The position numbers and the translations under genes were made by a program. DNA of 64,000 bases from Burkholderiales bacterium (GTDB lineage Bacteria > Pseudomonadota > Gammaproteobacteria > Burkholderiales > Burkholderiaceae_C), in NCBI GenBank assembly GCA_026400275.1, contig JAPLPK010000022.1:475-64474 (forward strand). Direction: 5' to 3'. The notes beneath the pieces are model-generated. The model worked only from the letters and a program-made list of their open reading frames with translations. It ran no database searches and had not been told where the DNA came from. Numbering within the stretch: position 1 is the first letter of the stretch; each line of letters begins with the position of its first letter. This document shows positions 9,925-18,393 of this stretch, piece after piece.

Positions 9925-10658
9925 TTGGCGGCTCCTATCGGGCGGGCCTTCAGGCCCTGGCTCTTTTTCGACAGCCGCTGGCTGCGCGCCACCGCCCGGC
10001 GGCGTCGGAACACCAGGCTACCCAGCAGGTAGAACGACAGCCGCAGCAGCAGGGACAGCGCGATGTAGATCAGCATCACCAGGATGTAGCTCTCGAAGGT
10101 GCGGAAGGTCTGCGAATCGATCTGGCTGGCCACCGCCGTGAGTTCTTCGACCGAGATGGTCGAGACCACGCTGGAGGTCAGCATCATCAGCGTGAACTGG
10201 CTGGCCAGCGCCGGGTAAACCTTCTCGAAGGCCGGCACCAGCACCACGTGGCGTATCGCCTGCCAGCGCGTCATGGCCAGGGCCGCTGCGGCTTCCAGCT
10301 GGGTACGGTGGGTGGCCTGCAGGCCGGAGCGGATGATTTCGGTGGAATAGGCGCCCAGGTTGACGCTCATGGCAATCAGCGCCGCCGTCACCGCATCGAT
10401 CTGCAGGCCGATGGTCGGCAGGCCGAAGAAGATGATGAACAGCTGGATCAGAAAGGGCGTGTTGCGGATGGTCTCGACGTAGGCCGCCACGCCGCGCCGC
10501 ACCCAGGGGCCGCCGTAGCTGGCGGCGATGGCACCACAGGTGCCGACCAGCGTGCCGAGCGCGATGGAGCTAAAGCTCAGCGCCAGGGTCATGCCCGCGC
10601 CTGCGGCAAAGCGGTCTAGCTGGCCCAGTACCGGGCTCCAGTCAAATTGGTAGTTCAT
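9921..10658 (-). CDS. Polar amino acid-type ABC transporter permease
   Basis: RNTPFLIQLF, GAYSTEIIRSG, EAA loop. Confidence 0.92.
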   Translation of the reverse strand: MNYQFDWSPVLGQLDRFAAGAGMTLALSFSSIALGTLVGTCGAIAASYGGPWVRRGVAAYVETIRNTPFLIQLFIIFFGLPTIGLQIDAVTAALIAMSVNLGAYSTEIIRSGLQATHRTQLEAAAALAMTRWQAIRHVVLVPAFEKVYPALASQFTLMMLTSSVVSTISVEELTAVASQIDSQTFRTFESYILVMLIYIALSLLLRLSFYLLGSLVFRRRRAVARSQRLSKKSQGLKARPIGAAK

Positions 10659-10672
10659 GCGGTTTCCTAAGG

Positions 10673-10692
10673 GCCCCGGCGCGGGCCGGGGC
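10673..10692. other. GC-rich hairpin between SBP and permease genes
   Basis: GCCCCGGC-gcgg-GCCGGGGC, 8-bp perfect stem; typical post-SBP mRNA stability element. Confidence 0.5.
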
Positions 10693-10715
10693 GGTCGGGT
10701 GGATGGTCAGCCGCT

Positions 10716-11519
10716 TCAGAACACGGGCAGTACGGGCAGCGGGTTGCCGGTCCACTTGCGCGCAATCGCATCCAGCTCGCCATTGAGCTTGATGTAGGAA
10801 ATAGTGGTGTTCAGCCACTGGTGCAGGTCGAACGCGTCCTTGCGCACGGTCATGGCGTTGGGCTGCAGCGAGAAGGCAAACTTGGCGTCAAATTTGCCCG
10901 CGCCGCGCGCCTTCATGATCTCGACACCGGTGGTACTGGGCAGGGCAATCGCCTCCACCTGGTTGCTGATCAGCGCCTGCGCCGAGGTGGCATCGTCCTC
11001 GAAGCGGACGATGTTGGTGCCGGGAAGCGCCAGCCGGGTGAGTGCGCTGTCCTGCGTGCTGCCGCGCGTCACGCCGACCTTGCGCTTGGCCAGGTCGGCC
11101 AGCTTGGCGTATCTGGCCGTGCTGGGCGCGAAGATGGTCAGCTCGAAGGCGCTGTAGGGCATGCTGAACATAACTGCCTTGGCTCGCTCCGGCGTCGGTG
11201 CCAGGGTGGCGACCAGGAAATCGACCTTGCCCGACTCCAGCGCCGGAATCCGGCTGGGCGAGGTCAGTGGCACCAGCTCCACCGGCACACCCATGTACTT
11301 GCCCAGCAGGTTCGCTACATCCACGTCGTAGCCAGCGGGTTTACCTTCTGCGTCGGTAGTGCCGAACGGTGGCGCACCCGTCACGACACCGATGGTGACG
11401 CGGCCCTTTTTGACGATCTCGCTGACGCTCTGCGCTTGCGCGCCCAGGGTGGTCGCTGCTAACAGCAGTGAAACTAGCAGCGGCTTGGCCAGGCGTTGCA
11501 GGCGGGATTGCTTGTTCAT
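10716..11519 (-). CDS. ABC substrate-binding protein, family 3
   Basis: Signal peptide; PPFG, GYDVDVA, RIPALESGKVD, TPERAKAV. Confidence 0.92.
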   Translation of the reverse strand: MNKQSRLQRLAKPLLVSLLLAATTLGAQAQSVSEIVKKGRVTIGVVTGAPPFGTTDAEGKPAGYDVDVANLLGKYMGVPVELVPLTSPSRIPALESGKVDFLVATLAPTPERAKAVMFSMPYSAFELTIFAPSTARYAKLADLAKRKVGVTRGSTQDSALTRLALPGTNIVRFEDDATSAQALISNQVEAIALPSTTGVEIMKARGAGKFDAKFAFSLQPNAMTVRKDAFDLHQWLNTTISYIKLNGELDAIARKWTGNPLPVLPVF

Positions 11520-11580
11520 GTATGTCTCCATCACGGTAAGTGGGTTGTGCACCGGCGGGATGGGCTGTGAAACACGTCTC

Positions 11581-11594
11581 TGAAACCGGTTTCT
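11581..11594. promoter_or_regulatory. PtxS-type LacI operator
   Basis: TGAAACCGGTTTCT, 13/14 match to the PtxS palindrome TGAAACCGGTTTCA. Confidence 0.85.
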
Positions 11595-11602
11595 GAATTT
11601 TA

Positions 11603-11616
11603 TGATACCGGTTTCA
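11603..11616. promoter_or_regulatory. PtxS-type LacI operator
   Basis: TGATACCGGTTTCA, 13/14 match. Confidence 0.85.
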
Positions 11617-11700
11617 AGCCCATATCAGTGCAAACCCTAGACGGTTCGCCACAGGATGCAAAAGTACTGGGAATGCGCGCCGCGCCGGGCGGCGCGTGGC

Positions 11701-12750
11701 TCAGCTGCGCCGGGTGGACCCGCGCACGTTCAGCGTGCCGGGCAGCAGAATCTGGCGCGGTGGCAGGGTAATGCCGCGCAGGCGTTCAAGCAGGCAGTTG
11801 ATGGCGAAGCGGCCGATGTCGTCAGTGGGCTGGGAGATCGCGCTCAGTCCCGGCCCGACCAGCGGTGCCCATTCGGGGTCGTCGAAGCCGAGCAGGCCGA
11901 TGTCGCGTCCCAGCGTCCAGCCGAGCCGTGCCACGGCGGCCACCACGCGCAGCGCAATCACCGCATTCGCGGCCAGCACTGCACAGGGCTTGGCACCGGC
12001 ATCGCGCCGTAGCGCCCGTAGGGCCGCGTCCAGCGCGGCATCGTCGCCCGGCTGGGCCTCGAACGTGCTGCCCGCCAGCATATCCGGGCGCTCGGCCACG
12101 AAACTGCGGAAAGTCCGCGCGCGCTGTTCGCGCGAACCCACGCCCTTCATCGGTTCGGTGGCGAACAGCAGCTGGCGGTAGTCGGCCTCCACCAGATGTT
12201 CAGCCGCCATGCGCACGGCGGCATCGTTGTCAAGCCCGACCAGGTCGAGCTGGGCATCGCCGCTGCGCCGGTCGATCAGCACTACCGGCTTGTGCAGGCG
12301 CGCCGCGTCGGCCAGCGCCGCCGCGTCATTGCCCAGGGTGTGCAGAATGAAGCCCTCGACCTGGTAGGACGACAGCGCGCGTATGGCCTCGCGTTCCAGT
12401 ACATGGTCGTTGCCAAGGTTAAACAGCATCACCATGTAGCCCGCCTCGCGGCATGCTTTTTCGGCGCCGCGCAGCACGGCCACCGAGAACGAGTTGGACA
12501 CATCCGCCACCACCAGGCCGATCAGCCGGGACTTGCCGCGCTTAAGCGCCTGCGCCATCGGGCTCGGACTGTAGCCGAGCTCGCGCACCGCTGCTGAGAC
12601 GCGGGCCTCGATGTCGGCCGATAGCTGTTCGCCACCCCGGTTCAGAAAGCGCGAGACCGTGGCCTTGGAGACACCGGCGTGGTTGGCCACGTCCTGGATG
12701 GTCAGCGCTGCAGTTCCGGCGCGGCGCGCGGTGGGAGAGGATGGGGGCAT
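11701..12750 (-). CDS. ptxS: LacI-family regulator, PtxS/KguR-like
   Basis: TIQDVANHAGVSKATVSR HTH; upstream of the kgu operon, with matching operators. Confidence 0.85.
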   Translation of the reverse strand: MPPSSPTARRAGTAALTIQDVANHAGVSKATVSRFLNRGGEQLSADIEARVSAAVRELGYSPSPMAQALKRGKSRLIGLVVADVSNSFSVAVLRGAEKACREAGYMVMLFNLGNDHVLEREAIRALSSYQVEGFILHTLGNDAAALADAARLHKPVVLIDRRSGDAQLDLVGLDNDAAVRMAAEHLVEADYRQLLFATEPMKGVGSREQRARTFRSFVAERPDMLAGSTFEAQPGDDAALDAALRALRRDAGAKPCAVLAANAVIALRVVAAVARLGWTLGRDIGLLGFDDPEWAPLVGPGLSAISQPTDDIGRFAINCLLERLRGITLPPRQILLPGTLNVRGSTRRS

Positions 12751-12766
12751 GGCGGGTTTGGGTCCA

Positions 12767-12780
12767 AAAAACCGGTTTCA
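12767..12780. promoter_or_regulatory. PtxS-type operator upstream of the regulator (autoregulation)
   Basis: AAAAACCGGTTTCA (TGAAACCGGTTTTT on the minus strand), 16 bp upstream of the ATG. Confidence 0.75.
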
Positions 12781-12879
12781 CACCGGGTGGACGATTGTGC
12801 CACCGGGCTCCGAATGCGGCGCTGATCGGGGTCCGCGCCGCGCCGCGACATGCCACCACTTTCTACCGCCATCCCTGTC

Positions 12880-13180
12880 TCAATCTCCCAGAATCCTCCG
12901 CTCCTTGGTCAGCTTGCCAAACCGCGCCCTGTCCGCATACGCCTTGGCACCAAACGCTGTGGGTGTCATTGGCGCCACATTGCCGCCGAGTCCGGCAATC
13001 CGCTCCGTCACCGCTTGCGTGGCCAGGATCTCGGCGGGCAGGCAGGCGGGGGCGTAGACGCCGAACACGGTGTCGGCGTCGGCACATCAGGGAACAGCAG
13101 CGAGCGGTGGGGGCTGCCGACGGCCAGCAGCTTGAGCGTGCAGGCGCGCACCTGGTTCAGGCCGATGCCGGGGTCGTGCT
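12880..13180 (-). pseudogene. Degraded C-terminal remnant of a Bug/TctC tricarboxylate-binding protein
   Basis: DPGIGLNQVRACTLKLLAVGSPHRSLLFPDVPT, then a frameshift, then ADTVFGVYAPACLPAEILATQAVTERIAGLGG...RFGKLTKERRILGD*; no 5' half or start. Confidence 0.8.
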
Positions 13181-13203
13181 GCCAGCGCCGGCAGGACGAC
13201 TGA

Positions 13204-13258
13204 TTGCTCCTAAAGTAATAGCTGCTGGTGCAGGTATTGTCTGCGCTATAGGCAATTT
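13204..13258 (+). repeat. Dispersed double-hairpin repeat, copy 2
   Basis: TTGCTCCTAAAGTAATAGCTGCTGGTGCAGGTATTGTCTGCGCTATAGGCAATTT. Confidence 0.85.
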
Positions 13259-13574
13259 ATTGGCACTTTATAGGCGACAGACTTTGAACGTAGGACAGCG
13301 CACCGCCGCGCTGTCGGACAAGCGCCAAATTGGCTCGCAGGCCCGCCCAAGCCTTGCTTTGCCCGGTGTAGAGGAACACATTAAGCCGGTGCCTGGCGAC
13401 GCCCGGCATGGCGGTGCCCCACCAGCCCATCGGTTTTTCAACCTGTCAGCATGCCCGCCTCGCGCGCCGGGCGTGTCTTAAGCCTCGTACCTCCCTCGTT
13501 TGTCCCTGCCACCACGGCGCCATGGCGCCGTGCGTGCAGCCTTTTGCCTCACTTTCCCTTACCGAGTAAACCCC

Positions 13575-14999
13575 ATGGCCCTGTACCAGACTGCCGAGTC
13601 CCACGATCTTTCCATCGAGGATGTGTATTCCAGCGGAGCTTCGGAGCGGCGCTTGCCCAAGTACCGCCTGCCCGACCATTCCACTGCGCCATCGGCGGCC
13701 TACAACCTGGTGCGCGACGAGCTGCTGCTGGACGGTAACTCGCGCCAGAACCTGGCCACGTTCTGCACCACCTGGGTTGAGCCCGAGGTGCAAAAGCTGA
13801 TGGCCGACGCGCTTGATAAGAACATGATCGATAAGGACGAATATCCCCAGACAGCCGAGATCGAAAACCGCTGCGTGCACATCATTGCCGACCTCTGGCA
13901 TGCGCCCAAATCCTGGGACACCATAGGCTGCTCGACCACCGGCTCCAGCGAAGCGGCCATGCTCGGGGGTCTGGCCCTGAAGTGGGCCTGGAAGAAGCGC
14001 CGCGAAGCTGCCGGGTTGCCCACGGACAAACCCAACTTTGTGTGCGGCCCGGTGCAGATCTGCTGGAAGAAGTTTGCCCGCTACTTCGACGTGGAAATGC
14101 GCGAAGTGCCGCTGCGTGGCGACGCCCTGGGCCTGCAGCCCGCCGACCTGCGCGCATACTGCGACGAGAACACCATTGGCGTGGTGGCGACGCTGGGCGT
14201 GACCTTCACTGGCGTGTATGAACCCGTGGCGGCGCTGGCGACCGAGCTGGACGCACTGGAGCGTGACCTGGGGCTGGACATTCCCATCCATGTGGATGCG
14301 GCCAGCGGTGGCTTTGTGGCGCCCTTCATCCAGCGCGAGCTGGAGTGGGATTTCTGCGTCGACCGGGTCAAGTCCATCAACGCGTCGGGCCACAAATACG
14401 GCCTGGCACCGCTGGGTGTGGGCTGGGTGGTGTGGCGCGCCAAGGCCGACCTGCCTCAGGAGCTGATCTTCAACGTGGACTACCTGGGCGGCAATATGCC
14501 GACCTTCGCGCTGAACTTCAGCCGGCCCGGCGGCGAAATCATCGCCCAGTACTACAACTTTCTGCGCCTGGGGCGCGACGGCTACACCCGCATCCAGCAG
14601 GCTTGCTCTGACACCGCGCAGTGGCTGGCGCAGGAGATCGCCAAGTTCAGCCCGCTGGAACTGGTGTATGACGGCAAGGACGGCCTGCCTGCGGTCTGCT
14701 ACAAGCTGAAGGACGGGGTGGAGCATGGCTTCACCTTGTACGACCTGTCCGAGCGCGTACGCATGCGCGGCTGGCAGATTGCCTCGTACCCGCTGCCTTC
14801 GGACCGGCAAACCGTGGTGGTGCAGCGCGTGTTGGTGCGCCATGGTGTCAGCCGCGATTTGATCGCCCTGCTGCTGGACGACTTGCGCAAGGCCATCGAC
14901 TTTTTGCAGCACAACCCGGTGCTGCGTTCCGATGCGGGCCCCAGCTTCAGCCACGGCGCGCTGGCTGAGCCGGACCCGCGCGTGTTGGCCGCAGCGTGA
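13575..14999 (+). CDS. gadB: Glutamate decarboxylase (PLP-dependent)
   Basis: DGNSRQNLATFCTTW, NMIDKDEYPQ, STTGSSEAAMLGG, HVDAASGGF, SINASGHKYG (PLP Lys). Confidence 0.93.
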   Translation: MALYQTAESHDLSIEDVYSSGASERRLPKYRLPDHSTAPSAAYNLVRDELLLDGNSRQNLATFCTTWVEPEVQKLMADALDKNMIDKDEYPQTAEIENRCVHIIADLWHAPKSWDTIGCSTTGSSEAAMLGGLALKWAWKKRREAAGLPTDKPNFVCGPVQICWKKFARYFDVEMREVPLRGDALGLQPADLRAYCDENTIGVVATLGVTFTGVYEPVAALATELDALERDLGLDIPIHVDAASGGFVAPFIQRELEWDFCVDRVKSINASGHKYGLAPLGVGWVVWRAKADLPQELIFNVDYLGGNMPTFALNFSRPGGEIIAQYYNFLRLGRDGYTRIQQACSDTAQWLAQEIAKFSPLELVYDGKDGLPAVCYKLKDGVEHGFTLYDLSERVRMRGWQIASYPLPSDRQTVVVQRVLVRHGVSRDLIALLLDDLRKAIDFLQHNPVLRSDAGPSFSHGALAEPDPRVLAAA

Positions 15000-16699
15000 T
15001 GGTCGCATTTCTGACCTTTCTGCAGAAGAACCCCTACATCCTGCTGTTTCTGGTGGTGGGGCTGTCCGTGTGGGTAGGGCGCGGCACCATCAAGGGCTAT
15101 GGCCTGGGCGCGGTGGCGGCGGCCATTGTCATCGGCTGCGGTGTGGCGACCTGGGGTGCGGCGTACGGTGTGCGCTTCGAGCTGGACAACTTCACCAAGA
15201 GCCTGTTTTATTACCTGTTCATGTACGGCGTGGGCTTGCGTGTGGGGCCGTCGTTTATCAACAGCCTGAAGGGGGACGGGCTGAAGTTCACCGTGCTGGC
15301 GGTTCTATCGTCCTTCCTGGGCCTGGGCATCGTGGTGCTGGGCACGCGCTGGCTGTCTTTGCCTGTGGGCGCGGCGGGCGGCATTCTAGCGGGCTCGCAA
15401 ACCATGTCGGCGGCCATAGGCGCGGCCGAACAGGCCATCACCTCCGGCGTGGTGCCGCTGCCGCGGGGTACTACGGCCGAGGCCGCGACGGCGATGATTG
15501 CCCTGTCCTACGGCATCACCTACATCTGGGGCACGGTGGGCATCATCCTGATCTGCAAATACCTGCCGCGCTGGTGGGGTGTGGACGCGCGCAGCGCCGC
15601 CAAGACCTACGAGGTGGAGCATGGTGTGCCGAATGTGGACGACGCTGGCCTCAGCGGCTACCGCCCGTTCGATCTGCGTGCCTACCGCCTGGTCAACCCC
15701 GCGCTGAGCGGCCAGAGCATCGCGCAGTTCCGCACGCGCTACGCCCAGTACCAGATAGAAAACGTGGAACGCGGCAAAGAGCTGCTGGGAGCCGACCCGG
15801 CGCTGGTTCTACAGCTGGGCGACGTGATCGCATTGGGCGGCAGCCTGGGCGCGTTGACCGATCACATGGGCCTGATCGGCCCCGAGGTGCCCGATGCGCG
15901 GGCGCTCAACATCCCGCTGGACCAGGCCGAGATTCTGGTCACGCACCGTGGTGCGGTTGGCAAGGCGCTGAAGGAGTTCAGCCGTTCGCCCATTGCCGGT
16001 CAGGTGCAGCTGGTGGGCCTGGAGCGCGGCGGCGCGCCCCTGCCCATGGGGCTGGAGACGCGTTTGCAGCGCATGGATGTGCTGCACCTGGTGGGCTTGC
16101 GCAGCGCGATAGACCAGGCGGCGGCCTTGATCGGCAAAGTGGCGCGGCCCAGCACCGCGACCGATCTGCTGACCCTGTCGCTGGGCATGATTCTGGGTTT
16201 GCTGATCGGCCAGATACAGGTGCCCGCCTTCGGTGCATCGGTGGGCCTGGGCAATGCGGGTGGCCTGCTGGTGTCGGGCATTGTCGTGTCGTCGCTGGTG
16301 TCGCGCGTGCGCTTTTTTGGCAACACGCCGAACGCCGCGCGCAACATCCTGGAAGACATGGGCCTGATCTTCTTTGTGGCCATCGTGGGCGTGAACGCTG
16401 GCGCCAACTTGTTGTCACAGCTCAATGGCGTGGTTGCGCTGAAGATCTTTGCGCTGGGCTTTGTGGCCTGCACCATTCCGCCGTTCATCGTCTGGGCGAT
16501 TGGTTTCCATGTCTTCAAGATCAACCCCGCCGTGCTGATGGGGGGCGTGGCCGGTGCGCGCAGCCATTCCGGCCCGGCCCGCGAGGCCGCCAAGGAGATT
16601 GGTAGCAGCGTGCCGTGGATAGGCTTCCCGGTGGCCTACGCGGTGTCTGGCATCTTGTTGACGGTGTTTGGCTACTTCGCCATGTTGCTAGCGGCCTAA
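14996..16699 (+). CDS. AspT/YidE-family exchanger with TrkA_C domains
   Basis: Duplicated membrane halves (GILAGSQTMSAA; GGVAGARSHSGP) flanking a cytoplasmic region; start overlaps the gad stop. Confidence 0.88.
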   Translation: MMVAFLTFLQKNPYILLFLVVGLSVWVGRGTIKGYGLGAVAAAIVIGCGVATWGAAYGVRFELDNFTKSLFYYLFMYGVGLRVGPSFINSLKGDGLKFTVLAVLSSFLGLGIVVLGTRWLSLPVGAAGGILAGSQTMSAAIGAAEQAITSGVVPLPRGTTAEAATAMIALSYGITYIWGTVGIILICKYLPRWWGVDARSAAKTYEVEHGVPNVDDAGLSGYRPFDLRAYRLVNPALSGQSIAQFRTRYAQYQIENVERGKELLGADPALVLQLGDVIALGGSLGALTDHMGLIGPEVPDARALNIPLDQAEILVTHRGAVGKALKEFSRSPIAGQVQLVGLERGGAPLPMGLETRLQRMDVLHLVGLRSAIDQAAALIGKVARPSTATDLLTLSLGMILGLLIGQIQVPAFGASVGLGNAGGLLVSGIVVSSLVSRVRFFGNTPNAARNILEDMGLIFFVAIVGVNAGANLLSQLNGVVALKIFALGFVACTIPPFIVWAIGFHVFKINPAVLMGGVAGARSHSGPAREAAKEIGSSVPWIGFPVAYAVSGILLTVFGYFAMLLAA

Positions 16700-16710
16700 T
16701 TATGGAAAAT

Positions 16711-16766
16711 TTGCTATGAAAAAAGCAGCTGCTACCGCAGGAATTACCTGCGTTAGCAGCCATTTT
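16711..16766 (+). repeat. Dispersed double-hairpin repeat, copy 3
   Basis: TTGCTATGAAAAAAGCAGCTGCTACCGCAGGAATTACCTGCGTTAGCAGCCATTTT, between convergent genes. Confidence 0.85.
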
Positions 16767-16784
16767 TATGCTTAGAAAATTGAC

Positions 16785-18236
16785 TCAAAAAGGATAGTGC
16801 CGTGGCGTGGTTTGCACCGTGACCCAGCGCAGGTCGGTGAACGCCGCGATGCCGGCGGCGCCGCCAAAGCTGCCGATGCCGCTGCCCTTGACGCCGCCGA
16901 ACGGCATCTGCGGTTCGTCGTGTACCGTGGGGCCGTTGACGTGGCAGATGCCGGACTGGATGCGCCCGGCGACCTGCAGCGCACGCGCAATGTCGCGGCC
17001 AAACACGGCGCTGGACAGGCCATAGGCGTTGTCATTCGCGCAGGCCACGGCGGCATCCACGCCGCTGACGCGGACGATGGCTTTCACCGGGCCGAAGGAT
17101 TCTTCGCTGTAGATTTTCATCGCCGGCGTCACGTGGTCTAGCAGCGTGGCGGGCATCAAGGTGCTGTCGGCCTTGCCGCCGCAGAGAAGCTTCGCGCCTT
17201 TGGCCAGCGCGTCGTCGATCAGTGCGTTGCAGCGCTGCACCGTGCTCATGTCGACCACCGAACCCAACACCACAGGACCTTTGCGCGGGTCGCCCAGCGG
17301 CAAGCTGGCGGCCTTGGCGGCTAGCTGTGCTACGAAGGCGTCGGCAATCTTTTCGTCCACGATGATGCGCTCGGTGGATATACAGATCTGGCCCGAATTG
17401 GCGAATGCGCCGAAGGCCGCTGCGTTGACGGCTGCGTCCAGATCGGCATCGTCCAGCACCAGCAGCGGCGCCTTGCCGCCCAGCTCCAGCACCACGGGTT
17501 TCAGGTACTTGGCGCAGACGCCGGCAATGATCTTGCCCACATGCGTGGAGCCGGTGAAGTTGACGCGGCGCACGGCGGGGTGGGCGACCATGGCTTCGAC
17601 CACCGCTGCCGCGTCGGCCGGCGCATTGGTGATGAAGTTCACCACGCCGGGCGGCAAGCCGGCCTCTTGCAGCGCCTCGATGATCAGGCCGTGGGTAGCG
17701 GGGCAGAGTTCCGAGCCCTTCAGCACCACGGTGTTGCCGCAGGCCAGCGGCACGGCGACGGCGCGCACGCCCAAGATCACCGGCGCGTTCCACGGGGCCA
17801 TGCCCAGCACCACGCCGGCGGCCTGGCGCACGCCCATGGACAGGCTGCCCGGCACGTCGGACGGAATGACTTCGCCGCTGATCTGCGTGGTCAGCGACGC
17901 GGCTTCCAGCAGGGTGCCAGCCGCCAGGTGCACGTTGAAACCGGCCCACATCGCCGAGGCGCCGGTTTCGGCGGCCATGGCGGCGATGAAGGCCGGGGCT
18001 TTGGCTTCGAGCGCGGCAGCAGCCTTGGTCAGCAGCGCGCGACGCTGGCCCGGGCCGGTGGCCGACCAGGCGGGGAAGGCCGCGGCTGCGGCTTCTACCG
18101 CTGCCACCGCGTCCTGCACCGTGGCGGCGGGCGCGCGGGTGGCAACGCTGCCATCCAGGGGGTTGTGGCGTTCGAAAGTGGCGCCGGTGCTGGCGGGGAC
18201 GGACTGGCCGTTGATGAGCAGGTGGGTGTTGGGCAT
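16785..18236 (-). CDS. Aldehyde dehydrogenase (aromatic aldehyde/vanillin dehydrogenase-like)
   Basis: PWNAP, FTGST, ELGGK, GQICIST, EESFGP, HDEPQMPFGG. Confidence 0.9.
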   Translation of the reverse strand: MPNTHLLINGQSVPASTGATFERHNPLDGSVATRAPAATVQDAVAAVEAAAAAFPAWSATGPGQRRALLTKAAAALEAKAPAFIAAMAAETGASAMWAGFNVHLAAGTLLEAASLTTQISGEVIPSDVPGSLSMGVRQAAGVVLGMAPWNAPVILGVRAVAVPLACGNTVVLKGSELCPATHGLIIEALQEAGLPPGVVNFITNAPADAAAVVEAMVAHPAVRRVNFTGSTHVGKIIAGVCAKYLKPVVLELGGKAPLLVLDDADLDAAVNAAAFGAFANSGQICISTERIIVDEKIADAFVAQLAAKAASLPLGDPRKGPVVLGSVVDMSTVQRCNALIDDALAKGAKLLCGGKADSTLMPATLLDHVTPAMKIYSEESFGPVKAIVRVSGVDAAVACANDNAYGLSSAVFGRDIARALQVAGRIQSGICHVNGPTVHDEPQMPFGGVKGSGIGSFGGAAGIAAFTDLRWVTVQTTPRHYPF

Positions 18237-18307
18237 GGTGTGTTTCTTGCGGCACGGGGCCGTTGTCTCTGGGACTGCAAGCATCTCACAACAGACCCTA
18301 ATTCAGA

Positions 18308-18322
18308 ATTAGAGTTTCTAAT
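18308..18322. promoter_or_regulatory. LysR-type inverted repeat between ALDH and dadA
   Basis: ATTAGA-GTT-TCTAAT, perfect 6-bp arms containing T-N11-A. Confidence 0.5.
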
Positions 18323-18393
18323 AAACCATGGTGTTCTGGATTAGGTCAACTTATATTTCGGCAAGTTTCAATTTCTCACAAAGCGAGCGCCAC

